Below, piece by piece: positions 36,050 to 46,396 of a DNA stretch of 64,000 nt. The stretch is from Chitinophagales bacterium (lineage in GTDB: Bacteria > Bacteroidota > Bacteroidia > Chitinophagales > Chitinophagaceae), in contig JBBQZZ010000014.1 in NCBI GenBank assembly GCA_038207265.1, forward strand, positions 47,224 through 111,223, in the 5' to 3' direction. The notes below the pieces were generated by a model, which saw nothing but the letters and a program-made list of their open reading frames with translations, was not told where the DNA came from and did no database searches. Made by a program: the position numbers and the translations under genes. Within the stretch, counting starts at the first letter, position 1. The number at the start of each line of letters is the position of its first letter.

Positions 36050-36513
36050 ATAAACCCATTGTTTTTGAAAGCAGGATAAAAGAAGATGTGCTGTTTGGCA
36101 TCAATGTAAAAGTTGTATTGCCGGTAAACCTGTATGGTTGTTCTATAGGAGATGATAGTTTTATAGGACCCTTCACGGAAATACAAAAGACCGTTACAAT
36201 TGGTAAGCGCACCAAAGTGCAATCACATGCGTTTATCTGTGAACTGGTGACCATTGGAGACGATTGTTTTATTGGTCACGGTGTGATGTTTATCAATGAC
36301 GTTTTTAAAGAAGGAGCACCGGCGGGTGGCGACCAATCGAAATGGAAAGCTACGGTGATATCAGATAAGGTATCCATCGGATCCAACGCAACCATTATGC
36401 CGGTAACCATTTGCGCCAATGTGGTAATAGGCGCGGGTTCGGTGGTCACAAAAAATATTTCAATACCCGGCATTTATGCGGGTAACCCGGCAAAATTCAT
36501 CCGTTCAATATAG
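36046..36513 (+). CDS. Hexapeptide-repeat N-acetyltransferase (WbpD-like)
   Basis: Beta-helix repeats IGDDSFIGPFTEI, IGDDCFIGHGVMF and IGSNATIMPVTICANVVIGAGSVV. It lies between the dehydrogenase and the aminotransferase. Confidence 0.8.
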   Translation: MNKPIVFESRIKEDVLFGINVKVVLPVNLYGCSIGDDSFIGPFTEIQKTVTIGKRTKVQSHAFICELVTIGDDCFIGHGVMFINDVFKEGAPAGGDQSKWKATVISDKVSIGSNATIMPVTICANVVIGAGSVVTKNISIPGIYAGNPAKFIRSI

Positions 36514-36523
36514 TTGATTCGTT

Positions 36524-37627
36524 ATGCAAGTTCCATTTGTTGATCTGAAGGCACAATACAACAGTATCAGACCCGCTATTGATAAAGCAATCGCCGATGT
36601 AATCAGTGAAACCGCTTTTATAGGAGGAAAATATGTAAATGCCTTTGAAGAACAATTTGCTGAATTATATGGAGTGAAACACGTAGTGTCCTGTGCAAAT
36701 GGTACGGATTCTTTATATATTTTAATGAAGATGATGGGGATTGGTACCGGGGATGAGGTTATAACGGTGGCCAATAGCTGGATTTCAAGTTCAGAGACCA
36801 TTTCGCAAACAGGTGCAAAGCCGGTTTTTGTAGATATTGATCCTGTTTATTATAGTATGGATGAAGAAAAACTGGAAGCTGCCATTACTTCAAAAACAAA
36901 AGCGGTGATTGCGGTACACCTGCAGGGACAAATGTGTGCAATAGATGCCGTTAAAATTATTTGCGATAAAAAAGGAATTCCCGTAATAGAGGATTGTGCG
37001 CAATCGCATTTTTCAGCACTCAATGGGGTAAGAGCGGGTTTAACCGGCATAGCGGGTTCGTTTAGTTTCTACCCGGGGAAAAACCTGGGTGCTTATGGCG
37101 ATGCCGGTTGCATCATTACCAACGATAGTGCACTGGCAGAAAAATGTAAAATGTATGCGAGGCATGGTGCATTAAAAAAACATGAGCACCAGATAGAAGG
37201 AATCAACAGCCGGTTGGATGGATTACAGGCTGCTATTTTATCAGCAAAACTTCCGCACATTCTTTCATGGACGGATAAGCGCATCGCCAATGCGGCATTG
37301 TACAATAAACAGCTGGCCGGTATCAACCAAATTGTTTTACCTGCACAACGTCCGGCTTCAAAACATACTTATCATTTGTATGTAATACTTGCACAGCAAA
37401 GAGATGCGCTGATGCTGCACTTAAAAGAAAAAGGAATTGAAACTGCCATTCATTATCCAACCGCTTTGCCTAACCTGCCTGCCTATAAATATCTTGGTTA
37501 TTCCCATGCTGATTGCCCGGTTGCTTCAAATTTGCAGTCGCAGATTCTTTCACTTCCCATGTATCCTGAATTGAATGAAGCAGCCATTGCATACATAGCA
37601 TCAGCCATCCGATCATTTTACGCGTAA
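36524..37627 (+). CDS. DegT/DnrJ/EryC1-family PLP-dependent sugar aminotransferase (WbpE-like)
   Basis: VPFVDLKAQY...I, ...CANGTDSL and FSFYPGKNLGAYGDAG (the PLP-lysine block). Confidence 0.9.
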   Translation: MQVPFVDLKAQYNSIRPAIDKAIADVISETAFIGGKYVNAFEEQFAELYGVKHVVSCANGTDSLYILMKMMGIGTGDEVITVANSWISSSETISQTGAKPVFVDIDPVYYSMDEEKLEAAITSKTKAVIAVHLQGQMCAIDAVKIICDKKGIPVIEDCAQSHFSALNGVRAGLTGIAGSFSFYPGKNLGAYGDAGCIITNDSALAEKCKMYARHGALKKHEHQIEGINSRLDGLQAAILSAKLPHILSWTDKRIANAALYNKQLAGINQIVLPAQRPASKHTYHLYVILAQQRDALMLHLKEKGIETAIHYPTALPNLPAYKYLGYSHADCPVASNLQSQILSLPMYPELNEAAIAYIASAIRSFYA

Positions 37628-37639
37628 CTTTTCCTCGTT

Positions 37640-38788
37640 TTGCCGACCCTTAAAAACAAAACTATTTTGATTCTTTCCCCCCAGGCATGGGGCACCATGT
37701 TTGTTTCAAAACATCATTATGCAGTGGAGCTGGCTAAATATGGAAACACTGTTTACTTCCTGGATCCACCTGAACAAACATTGCAAAAGGAAATTGTAAT
37801 CAACCCGGTAGATTCAACTCCGGGATTATTTATCATTCAACACAGAATTAATTTTCCCTATAACCTGAAGTTTCATGCCATTTCAATTTTTCACTGGCTG
37901 ATGAAAAAGCAGGTAAAAAAAATATTAAAATGTATTGGCAGGCCCATTGATATTGTCTGGTCCTTCGACCTGGGCAATTTGTATCCTTTTCATTTATTTC
38001 CGCAGGAGGCATTTCGGATTTTTCACCCGGTTGATGAACCGTTAAATGAAACTGCTATTGCTGCTGCAAAAGGTGCGCAGGTAATATTTTCCGTGACCAA
38101 TGAAATTCTTACCCGGTATAAAACTTACCACTTGCCAATGCACTTTATTAATCATGGGGTCAGCGAACTATTCCTGCAACAGTCAGTTTCAGAAAAGATG
38201 GATCAGGTAACCAGGGTTGGTTTTTCCGGCAACCTGTTAAGACCCGATATAGACAGAACGGTGTTTTTGCAAATCATTAATGAAAACCCCGCGATAATAT
38301 TTGAGTGCTGGGGTAGTTATCAAATGAAAAATGCGAACATAGGTGGCAGTATGAACCCCGAGACCATTTCATTTATCCAAAGATTGCAGGGATCAGCCAA
38401 TGTAAAATTGCATGGTGCCGTATCGGCGGCGGAGCTTTCAAAAGATTATCGGCGAATGGATGCCTTTTTAATTTGTTACGATATAGAAAAAGATCAAAGC
38501 AGTGGTACCAACTACCATAAAATAATGGAATACCTCTCGGTTGGAAAGGTCATTATTTCAAACAATGTGAGTACCTACCAGGATAAGCCCGGATTACTGG
38601 AAATGATAACAGAAAGAACCAGCAATGAAAAATTACCTGCTCTTTTTAAAAAAGTAATTCAAAACTTACCTGTTTACAATTCGGCGGCACTTCAGCAACA
38701 GCGAATTGATTTTGCAAATGCAAACACCTACCGTAAACAGGTTGAAACCATTGAAGGCTATTTAAAAGATGAATGCTTTGTTAAATAA
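37640..38788 (+). CDS. Glycosyltransferase (GT-B, TuaH-like)
   Basis: N-terminus KTILILSPQAWGTMFVSKHHYAVELAKYGNTVYFLDPP resembles TuaH-type GTs. TTG start as in the track. Confidence 0.55.
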   Translation: MPTLKNKTILILSPQAWGTMFVSKHHYAVELAKYGNTVYFLDPPEQTLQKEIVINPVDSTPGLFIIQHRINFPYNLKFHAISIFHWLMKKQVKKILKCIGRPIDIVWSFDLGNLYPFHLFPQEAFRIFHPVDEPLNETAIAAAKGAQVIFSVTNEILTRYKTYHLPMHFINHGVSELFLQQSVSEKMDQVTRVGFSGNLLRPDIDRTVFLQIINENPAIIFECWGSYQMKNANIGGSMNPETISFIQRLQGSANVKLHGAVSAAELSKDYRRMDAFLICYDIEKDQSSGTNYHKIMEYLSVGKVIISNNVSTYQDKPGLLEMITERTSNEKLPALFKKVIQNLPVYNSAALQQQRIDFANANTYRKQVETIEGYLKDECFVK

Positions 38789-39800
38789 GGAAAACAGCAT
38801 ATCAGCGGCACCAGCAGCGAAAAATGCGGAAATATCAATCGTTTCTATTTTGCGGGGCATCGCCGCCATGAGTGTTTTTTTATTTCACCTTGTTTGCCTC
38901 TCCAATGGCTATATCTCCAATAAAATGCTGAATCATTTATTTGCCTATGGAAAATATGGCGTGCAGTTCTTTTTTGTTATTTCCGGTTTTGTGATTACCT
39001 ATTCAATGATAAAGGGCCATTATAAAATCACCGATTTTTTTACTTTTTTAAAGAAGCGGGTGATAAGGATAGAACCTCCCTACCTGGTGATTGTATTGCT
39101 AACGGTTCTTTTTTTGCTGCTGCGCAATAAATCTGGTTTGGCAAATGGCAATACTGAATTACCCAATCTTACCCAGGTTTTGTTACATGTGGGTTACCTC
39201 ATACCTTTTTCAAATTACGGGTGGCTGAGTATAGTATTCTGGACACTGGCCATCGAGTTTCAGTTCTACCTCTTATTCTCATTGCTGTTTCAATGGTATA
39301 TTGGTATAAAATGGCTGCGTTGGGCGATGGAAATAGTACTGCTCGGTTTATTTTTTACCAGTGCTTCAGAATCCTTCTTTTTTCATTGGTCGCCTGTATT
39401 TTTACTGGGTATCAACCTGGCATTGTATAAAATGGAAATCATGCTGTTCACAGAATGGTTGGTTACAAGTGTATTGATGGCAGGTGCTATTTTTTATCAA
39501 ACCGGGTGGGAGGTTTTTGTTTTTTCTATTGTTCCCTTTGTACTCATCTACCTGGAACCGCAGGTAAAAAGCAGGCCCTGGAATTTTTTTGGCAAAATAT
39601 CTTATTCATTGTACCTGTGCCATACATTGGTAGCGTTTGCCATCATTAATATCGGCATACGCATCACCCATCATTTCTATCAAAAAATAATAATGGTTTC
39701 TCTTGCTTTTGGGGTAACCATACTAGTTAGTTACCTGCTATATTATTATGTAGAAAGGCCCTGTAAGAGAATGGCCGCCTCAATTAAATATGCCCCTTGA
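38769..39800 (+). CDS. Acyltransferase_3 family membrane O-acyltransferase
   Basis: ILRGIAAMSVFLFHL, ...GVQFFFVISGFVI, and about 10 TM helices. Confidence 0.8.
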   Translation: MNALLNKENSISAAPAAKNAEISIVSILRGIAAMSVFLFHLVCLSNGYISNKMLNHLFAYGKYGVQFFFVISGFVITYSMIKGHYKITDFFTFLKKRVIRIEPPYLVIVLLTVLFLLLRNKSGLANGNTELPNLTQVLLHVGYLIPFSNYGWLSIVFWTLAIEFQFYLLFSLLFQWYIGIKWLRWAMEIVLLGLFFTSASESFFFHWSPVFLLGINLALYKMEIMLFTEWLVTSVLMAGAIFYQTGWEVFVFSIVPFVLIYLEPQVKSRPWNFFGKISYSLYLCHTLVAFAIINIGIRITHHFYQKIIMVSLAFGVTILVSYLLYYYVERPCKRMAASIKYAP

Positions 39801-40840
39801 ATAATACACTGATCATAAGTCCATCGGGTAATTTCTATGGAAGTGAACAGGTGTTGTACGATTACCTGGGCAGTACCAGCTTGCATTTTGACATTGCGGT
39901 ACCCGAAAAAAGCGTATTGGAAAATAAACTGAAGAATGTTTTTTCGAATCATACCCTGCGCGGTTTTTCAAATGACCATTTGGTATTGTTCTATACCAAA
40001 TTACTTACAGGTCTTTTGTTCGGCCGCTATCAGCATGTTTATATCAATGAAGCCGGTCATACCAGGTATATACTTTTGCTGGCAAAATTTTTCCCGAAAA
40101 AAAAATTCTTTATACACGTTAGAATAATAGAAGATACAGCTGCGGCAAGATGGAAGCTATTGCCTGGAAAAAATGTGACGATTTTGTCCATATCCAATTT
40201 TATTCAGAACGCCTTGCCTTTTAATTCAGAACTTTTGTATGATCCATTTCATTTTACTGACCACGAAGAAGATTCAAGCCGTCCTGCAAGTGTAGAAATG
40301 TTGAGGGTTGGAATCATTGGGCGTGTAACAAGAACCAAGGGATTGGACAAACTCTTTGATCTGATAACATACCTGCGTTCTATTGATGCTGAGAAGAAAT
40401 TCAGGTTCAAATTATTTGGAACCATTGAGGCAGATGCAAGAAATGATAACTGGATTGACAAACTTGCAAGCCTGGATGCTGTAAGCGTGGAAGGATTTTA
40501 TGACAATCAAAATGAAATGTACCGGTCGATAGATTGCATACTGCATTTAAGTGAACAGGAAGCATTGGGAAGAATATTTCTTGAAGCGATTAATATAGGT
40601 AAACCATTTATTGGAATGGATGCGGCGGGTATTGGTGAAATAGGTCATTTACTCAACATGGAGGATGCACTGGTACAACCCGGTAAAAATGCATTTATTG
40701 AAATTGCGGGAAATTTAAAATTGATAGCTAATCAATATGCTGAATGTTGTAAAGCGATCGATTCAGTTAAAACAAAAGCCGCGGAAATTTTTGGAATGCC
40801 GGCTTATAAAAATACAATGGACAAATTACTGGCCGGATGA
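39797..40840 (+). CDS. Family 4 (GT-B) glycosyltransferase
   Basis: C-terminal E-x7-E-like block SEQEALGRIFLEAINIGKPFIGMDAAGIGEI. Confidence 0.75.
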   Translation: MNNTLIISPSGNFYGSEQVLYDYLGSTSLHFDIAVPEKSVLENKLKNVFSNHTLRGFSNDHLVLFYTKLLTGLLFGRYQHVYINEAGHTRYILLLAKFFPKKKFFIHVRIIEDTAAARWKLLPGKNVTILSISNFIQNALPFNSELLYDPFHFTDHEEDSSRPASVEMLRVGIIGRVTRTKGLDKLFDLITYLRSIDAEKKFRFKLFGTIEADARNDNWIDKLASLDAVSVEGFYDNQNEMYRSIDCILHLSEQEALGRIFLEAINIGKPFIGMDAAGIGEIGHLLNMEDALVQPGKNAFIEIAGNLKLIANQYAECCKAIDSVKTKAAEIFGMPAYKNTMDKLLAG

Positions 40841-41853
40841 GGGTATTATACATTGGTCATTATATGCCCGGCTGTACTACCCGCATGCGCGGTGAATATT
40901 TACAGGAACTACTAAGACCAGCAGATTTTTTTGTAGTCAATACGGATATCCCTATTTACAGCACAACCAGAATATTCCGTTCATTTGGCTGGAGGTATTA
41001 CAAGGGGCCGCTTATCAGCAATGTAAATAAATATATTAAGGGTCAGTTAAAAGGCAGGGATAAGTTTGATATTGTTTGGATCGATAAAGGCGTTTTTATT
41101 GATCCATTGATACTGAAAAGATTAAAGGAACAGGGAGCGATGCTTATCCATTTCACACCCGACACTGCTTTCGAAACCAATCACTCAAAGTTATTTATGG
41201 ATGCGTTGACATTATACGATTATTGTGTTACCACCAAATCTTTCGAGCTCAACAATTACAAAAAAGCAGGTGCCCGTAATACGCTTTATTGTACACAGGG
41301 TTATGATCCAAAACTTCATAAGAGCTATCATGAATTTTCAGAAAAGAAAGGCGTAGTCTTCATAGGTCAAAATGAATCTTGGCGCGAAGAAGCGATAGCA
41401 AGACTGGTAGAGAAAAAAATTACTGTTTCCGTCTCAGGTGTTGGTTGGGATAAATTTACCAGGAAATATAAATCGAACAATGATGTACAATGGCTGGGTA
41501 CGGGATTGTTTCATGAATCTTATGCAAAGGCTGTTTCAGGAAGTTTGATAGGGCTGGGATTGTTGTCAAAAAAATTTCCTGAAAAACATACCACCCGCAC
41601 TTTTGAAATTCCGGCCTGTGGTACTGCATTGGCTGCTGAAGACAATGATGAAACCCGGCAATTTTACAGCGATGATGAAGTATTGTTTTTTTCCAGCCTG
41701 GATGAGATGACGGAAAAAATTGAATATTACCTGCATCACCCTGCTTTGTTGAAAGCGCTGACCGAACGAGGGCATCAGAAATTATTGAATGGCACATTCG
41801 ATTATCCGGGCATATTACAAAACCTGCTGCAGAAAATGGGTATTGCAAAATGA
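40837..41853 (+). CDS. CgeB-like / DUF3880-type glycosyltransferase
   Basis: TRTFEIPACGTALAAEDNDETRQFY.DDEVLFFSSLDEMTEKIEYYLHHP resembles CgeB-family C-termini. Confidence 0.6.
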   Translation: MRVLYIGHYMPGCTTRMRGEYLQELLRPADFFVVNTDIPIYSTTRIFRSFGWRYYKGPLISNVNKYIKGQLKGRDKFDIVWIDKGVFIDPLILKRLKEQGAMLIHFTPDTAFETNHSKLFMDALTLYDYCVTTKSFELNNYKKAGARNTLYCTQGYDPKLHKSYHEFSEKKGVVFIGQNESWREEAIARLVEKKITVSVSGVGWDKFTRKYKSNNDVQWLGTGLFHESYAKAVSGSLIGLGLLSKKFPEKHTTRTFEIPACGTALAAEDNDETRQFYSDDEVLFFSSLDEMTEKIEYYLHHPALLKALTERGHQKLLNGTFDYPGILQNLLQKMGIAK

Positions 41854-42974
41854 AGATTGCCATCTTTCATTTCAATCCAATAGAAATGTTTCCACCGGTG
41901 ATGAATTTTATCCGGGTATTGGAAAAGCAAATTCCCGCTGATGTTCGCATCATTGTTTTTACCACAAAGCCCGGAGATACTAGTGCAACATTTCAATCCC
42001 GAAATAAACAGATCATCATCAGGCGCATTGGTTTGAATACAGTGCAAATGAATCCCGTGAAGCGCTATTTTAATTACCTGCGTTATTTCCTTACGGGCCT
42101 GGTTAATTGTGTGTTTGCCCCACCCGGTAAAATTATTTATTATGAGTCAATGTCGGCCCTGGTTCCTTTTGTTGTAAAAAAATACCTGGCCAGGCAAACG
42201 CAGTTGTTTATTCATTATCATGAATACATGAACGAACTGGATTACAAAGGCATGTACCTGAGCAGGACCTTTCACCGGCTCGAAAAAAAAGTTTACGCGC
42301 GCGCAGCATGGATTTCACATACCAATAAGGAACGAATGCAATTATTTTTAAAGGATATTGACGGATCCGGCTTAAGCAATACCCATATATTTCCCAATTA
42401 TCCATTAAAAGATTGGGGGAAAAACAGCACCGGGGATCAAATTAATTTGCCTTTCAAATTTGTTTATGTTGGCTCCTTTGGTGCCATGGAAAGTATTTAC
42501 ATAAAGGAAACCCTGGAATGGATAAAGGCTCAGCAGGGTAAAATAACACTGGATATTTACAGTCGGAATATTCCTGGTAACATAACTGCCTATGTAAAAG
42601 GCTTGAATTGCCCGTTCATCCACATAATGACGGCTGTAGATTATTATCAATTGCCCACTATACTAAGTAAATACAATGTTGGTCTAATACTATACAAGGC
42701 AGTTTCTGAAAATTTTGAATATAATGCACCCAATAAATTATTTGAATACCTTGCATGCGGACTGGATGCATGGTATCCGTCAACAATGAAGGGTTTATGG
42801 GAATATGATTCACCTGTGGAATGGCCTAAAGTGCAGCGGTTGAATTTTGAAAAACTTACTCAATATAACATTGACGAGTTAATTGACAGGAAGACAGCCG
42901 CCAGGAGACCCATACATTTTTCATGCGAAGAGGTGAGTGAAGAACTGGTACAAAAATTAATTTTTGAAAAATAG
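41850..42974 (+). CDS. Putative GT-B glycosyltransferase
   Basis: Locus context, and C-terminal NKLFEYLACGLDAWY (a donor-binding-helix-like motif). No sharper assignment is possible by eye. Confidence 0.5.
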   Translation: MKIAIFHFNPIEMFPPVMNFIRVLEKQIPADVRIIVFTTKPGDTSATFQSRNKQIIIRRIGLNTVQMNPVKRYFNYLRYFLTGLVNCVFAPPGKIIYYESMSALVPFVVKKYLARQTQLFIHYHEYMNELDYKGMYLSRTFHRLEKKVYARAAWISHTNKERMQLFLKDIDGSGLSNTHIFPNYPLKDWGKNSTGDQINLPFKFVYVGSFGAMESIYIKETLEWIKAQQGKITLDIYSRNIPGNITAYVKGLNCPFIHIMTAVDYYQLPTILSKYNVGLILYKAVSENFEYNAPNKLFEYLACGLDAWYPSTMKGLWEYDSPVEWPKVQRLNFEKLTQYNIDELIDRKTAARRPIHFSCEEVSEELVQKLIFEK

Positions 42975-42977
42975 ACA

Positions 42978-44402
42978 ATGAGAAAAAATTCATCTGCATT
43001 GTTTTCGGCATTGTATGGAATCATTTTTATTCTTTCGCTGAATACAAAATGGTACGCAGCATTACTTTTAATTCTTGCGGGTATTATTATTTTTTCCATC
43101 TTGTTCAAGCTGGGAAGAGGAATCATTTTGAGAGAAATCATTGCTCTCCACAGCGTTTTTATTTGCCTTGTGATGCCACTGGCCGGGTACACTTATTATA
43201 CTTATGACAATCCGCTGGCAAGAATGTTTGTTAAATACATGCCCGTCAACTATGATGTTTATTTTTCCTTTGCATTACCTGCTATTTCCGGATTTGCTTT
43301 TGCAATATGTCTGCCCATTGGTCAAAGTAAAGGCAGCGACGAGGGCGAGTTTATTTTTGAACGCTTCCGGTTATTGAAAGCAACTTTGGCCAATATTGAT
43401 AATTCAGCACTTTATTTATTGATATGGGGGCTGTTTTGCTCTTTTATTGCGCCATTTGCTCCTGATTCAGTTAGTTTCTTTATCACTTTGTTTTTCTGGG
43501 CGTCTTTTGCAGCGATATTGTACATTTATTTTTCTCCTAAATTATCCTATAGGAAACCTGTATTGATTGCCTTTGTTTTTTTCATTTTAATACAGGCGCT
43601 TCAACTGGGTATGTTTACCATCCTGGCTTATATGGGAATGACCATCTTTTCATTTGTATTCCTGGGAAAACATTCTTCCATGTTAAGGAAGACAGTTGTT
43701 TTTGCTATCAGCCTTTTCGCTTTGCTTCTCATTCAATCGGTAAAAACAGTTTACAGGGATTATACCTGGAGAGGTAAAGCGGGTGTTGAGGAAAGTAAAA
43801 CAGCACTGTTTACCAATCTTATTTCCGAAAAATTAAGTTCGCCATCAGAGTTATTTAATGTCAACGCAATGTTCCCCATATACATGCGTACCAACCAGGG
43901 ATTTAATGTGGCGTTGGTAATGCGGAAATTTCCGGCCGTTAAACAATTTGATTATGGAGATAACTTATTATTAGCGTTGGCAGCTTCGCTGGTGCCCCGT
44001 TTTCTCTGGCCAGATAAACCTGAGGCGGGCGGCAAGTTCAATATGTATTACTATACCGGGTACAAGATTAAGGGATGGTCAACCAATGTTGGTCCGTTGG
44101 GAGAAGCCTATGGAAGCTTTGGTGTAACCGGTGGCATTGTTTTTATGTTTTTGCTGGGCCTGTTTATCCGCTGGGCCTATTCAATCGTTTTCCGGATATC
44201 CCGTACCATGCCATTACTCATTTTCTGGCTACCACTATTGTTTTTCCAGGTCAGTTATTCTGCGGAAAATGATACGTTGCAAATTCTGAATTCACTTACA
44301 AAAGGTGCATTGTTCATTTATATTATTTATAAAACTTTCCCGGTTCTGCTAACTGCAATGCCCAGGCGAAAAATCAAGCGACCGGAAATTGTATATTCTT
44401 AA
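42978..44402 (+). CDS. O-antigen polymerase / ligase-like (Wzy_C-type) polytopic membrane protein
   Basis: About 10-12 TM helices plus a loop ...WSTNVGPLGEAYGSFGVTGGIVFMFLLGL resembling the Wzy_C/WaaL block (..N...L.E.G..G). Confidence 0.6.
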   Translation: MRKNSSALFSALYGIIFILSLNTKWYAALLLILAGIIIFSILFKLGRGIILREIIALHSVFICLVMPLAGYTYYTYDNPLARMFVKYMPVNYDVYFSFALPAISGFAFAICLPIGQSKGSDEGEFIFERFRLLKATLANIDNSALYLLIWGLFCSFIAPFAPDSVSFFITLFFWASFAAILYIYFSPKLSYRKPVLIAFVFFILIQALQLGMFTILAYMGMTIFSFVFLGKHSSMLRKTVVFAISLFALLLIQSVKTVYRDYTWRGKAGVEESKTALFTNLISEKLSSPSELFNVNAMFPIYMRTNQGFNVALVMRKFPAVKQFDYGDNLLLALAASLVPRFLWPDKPEAGGKFNMYYYTGYKIKGWSTNVGPLGEAYGSFGVTGGIVFMFLLGLFIRWAYSIVFRISRTMPLLIFWLPLLFFQVSYSAENDTLQILNSLTKGALFIYIIYKTFPVLLTAMPRRKIKRPEIVYS

Positions 44403-44428
44403 TCTTTTCTTACGCTAACAATTCTCAT

Positions 44429-45394
44429 TTGAAAACAGCCATCATCACGGGCATTACCGGGCAAGACGGTGCCTATTTGTCGAGACTGCTGCTGGAAAAA
44501 AAATACAGGGTGATTGGATTGGTGAGATCCAACAACGGGTCTAACCTAACCCGTCTTCAATACCTGGGCATACTTGATAAAGTAGAATTGGTTGAATGTG
44601 ATTTAAAGGATCTGTCCCAGGTACTTACCCTCATCAGTCAATTGAAACCTGGCGAAATTTATAATCTTGCGGCACAAAGCTCAGTGTCATTGTCTTTCCA
44701 ACAACCCATAGGAACACTGGAGTTCAACGTTAATTCTGTATTGAATTTACTGGAAGCAGTCAGGTTGATCAACCCGGCTATCAGGTTTTACCAGGCTTCC
44801 AGCAGTGAGATGTTTGGAAAAGTGGATCACCTGCCTATTACAGAAGATATGATGGTCCACCCATTGAGTCCCTATGCCATCTCAAAAGTCACCGGTCATT
44901 ATATATGTATCAACTACCGTGAATCTTATAACCTGTACACCAGTTGCGGAATTCTTTTTAACCATGAATCTTACTTGCGAGGCGAAACTTTTTTTATAAA
45001 AAAACTAATAAAGGGAACGTTTGATATAATTCATGACAAAAAGGAATTTTTAGAATTTGGAAACTTAAATATCAGGAGAGATTTTGGTTGGTCAGAAAAA
45101 TATGTAGAAGCCATGTGGTTAATGCTGCAACAGGAAAAACCAGGCGACTATATAATAAGTTCAGGCAAGTCTTTGTCACTGGCAGAAATCGTAGCCTATG
45201 TTTTTAAGAAACAAGAACTGGATCCTGGAAAAGTAAAAATAAATGCCGCTTTATTCAGACCAACAGAAATTGCAGATATTTATGGATCCAGTCAGAAAGC
45301 AAAAAAAGAATTGAACTGGCATTATGAATTAAGTTTTTTTGATGTACTGGATGCCATTATTGAAGAGGAGCGAAAAAATTATGGAGCGCGATAG
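44429..45394 (+). CDS. GDP-mannose 4,6-dehydratase, short-form paralogue
   Basis: [35 protein letters not shown] (Y-x-x-x-K), [15 protein letters not shown] and IRRDFGW. TTG start as in the track. Confidence 0.8.
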   Translation: MKTAIITGITGQDGAYLSRLLLEKKYRVIGLVRSNNGSNLTRLQYLGILDKVELVECDLKDLSQVLTLISQLKPGEIYNLAAQSSVSLSFQQPIGTLEFNVNSVLNLLEAVRLINPAIRFYQASSSEMFGKVDHLPITEDMMVHPLSPYAISKVTGHYICINYRESYNLYTSCGILFNHESYLRGETFFIKKLIKGTFDIIHDKKEFLEFGNLNIRRDFGWSEKYVEAMWLMLQQEKPGDYIISSGKSLSLAEIVAYVFKKQELDPGKVKINAALFRPTEIADIYGSSQKAKKELNWHYELSFFDVLDAIIEEERKNYGAR

Positions 45395-46394
45395 ATCGAA
45401 AAAGCCAGGGGTTGTTTTTTTTCATAGGAAACCGCGCAATGTTGGAAACTACAGCGTAGAATTTATATTCAATGATGTGCGGGAAAGATTGAAAGATGAA
45501 ATCATACCGGTAGTGGTACAATCTACCTACGAAAGCAAAGGATTATTGAAGCGCTTGTATAACTGTCTTGAAGCATTTCGTAAACAGGGGGATGTGAACC
45601 ATGTTACCGGCGATGTCAATTACCTCGGTCTGTTGCTGAATAAAAACAACAGCATCCAAACCATCCTGGATTGTGTTCACCTCAATACGTCAACTGGTTT
45701 AAAATACAGGGTGCTAAAATTATTTTGGCTAACCATCCCGGAAAAAAAATCGAAATACATTACCGCTATTTCAACTTCAACTAAAAATGAAATTCTAAAG
45801 CACCATCCATGTAACCCGGATAAGATTGTAGTAATACCCGTTGCCATCTCCTCGAAATTTAAAGCGGTTGAAAAAGTCTTCAACAAAAAAAAACCCAGGA
45901 TTTTGCAAATTGGAACAGCACCCAATAAAAATATTCCAAATCTTATTGAAGCCATCAAAGGACTTTCCTGTACTTTAAACATTGTTGGAAAGAAAAATGA
46001 TGAATACGAATTGTTGCTCAAGTCTTATCAAATTGATTATGTGTATGAATCGGGTTTATCAGATGAAGAAATGCTGAGGCGGTATGAAGACGCAGACATT
46101 GTGAGCCTGGTATCCAACTATGAAGGTTTTGGTATGCCAATACTGGAAGCGCAGGCAACCGGCAGGCCAGTGATTACAAGTAATGTGTATTCAATGCCGG
46201 AAGTAGCGGGCGATGCTGCAGTTATTGTAAGCCCTTCTGATGTTTCGGCAATCAAGCAGGGGCTTGAAAAAATAATCAATGACGATGTGTTCCGGGATGA
46301 AATGATACAACGCGGATTTCAAAACACCAGCAGGTTTGATGCGCGCAGGATAGCTGATCAATATCTTGAACTTTATAAGAAAATTGCTTTTTAA
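45381..46394 (+). CDS. Family 4 (GT-B) glycosyltransferase
   Basis: YEGFGMPILEAQATGRPVITSNVYSMPEVAGDAA. I chose the start at ATG 45381 (MERDRSKKPGVVFFH). Confidence 0.8.
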   Translation: MERDRSKKPGVVFFHRKPRNVGNYSVEFIFNDVRERLKDEIIPVVVQSTYESKGLLKRLYNCLEAFRKQGDVNHVTGDVNYLGLLLNKNNSIQTILDCVHLNTSTGLKYRVLKLFWLTIPEKKSKYITAISTSTKNEILKHHPCNPDKIVVIPVAISSKFKAVEKVFNKKKPRILQIGTAPNKNIPNLIEAIKGLSCTLNIVGKKNDEYELLLKSYQIDYVYESGLSDEEMLRRYEDADIVSLVSNYEGFGMPILEAQATGRPVITSNVYSMPEVAGDAAVIVSPSDVSAIKQGLEKIINDDVFRDEMIQRGFQNTSRFDARRIADQYLELYKKIAF

Positions 46395-46396
46395 TT

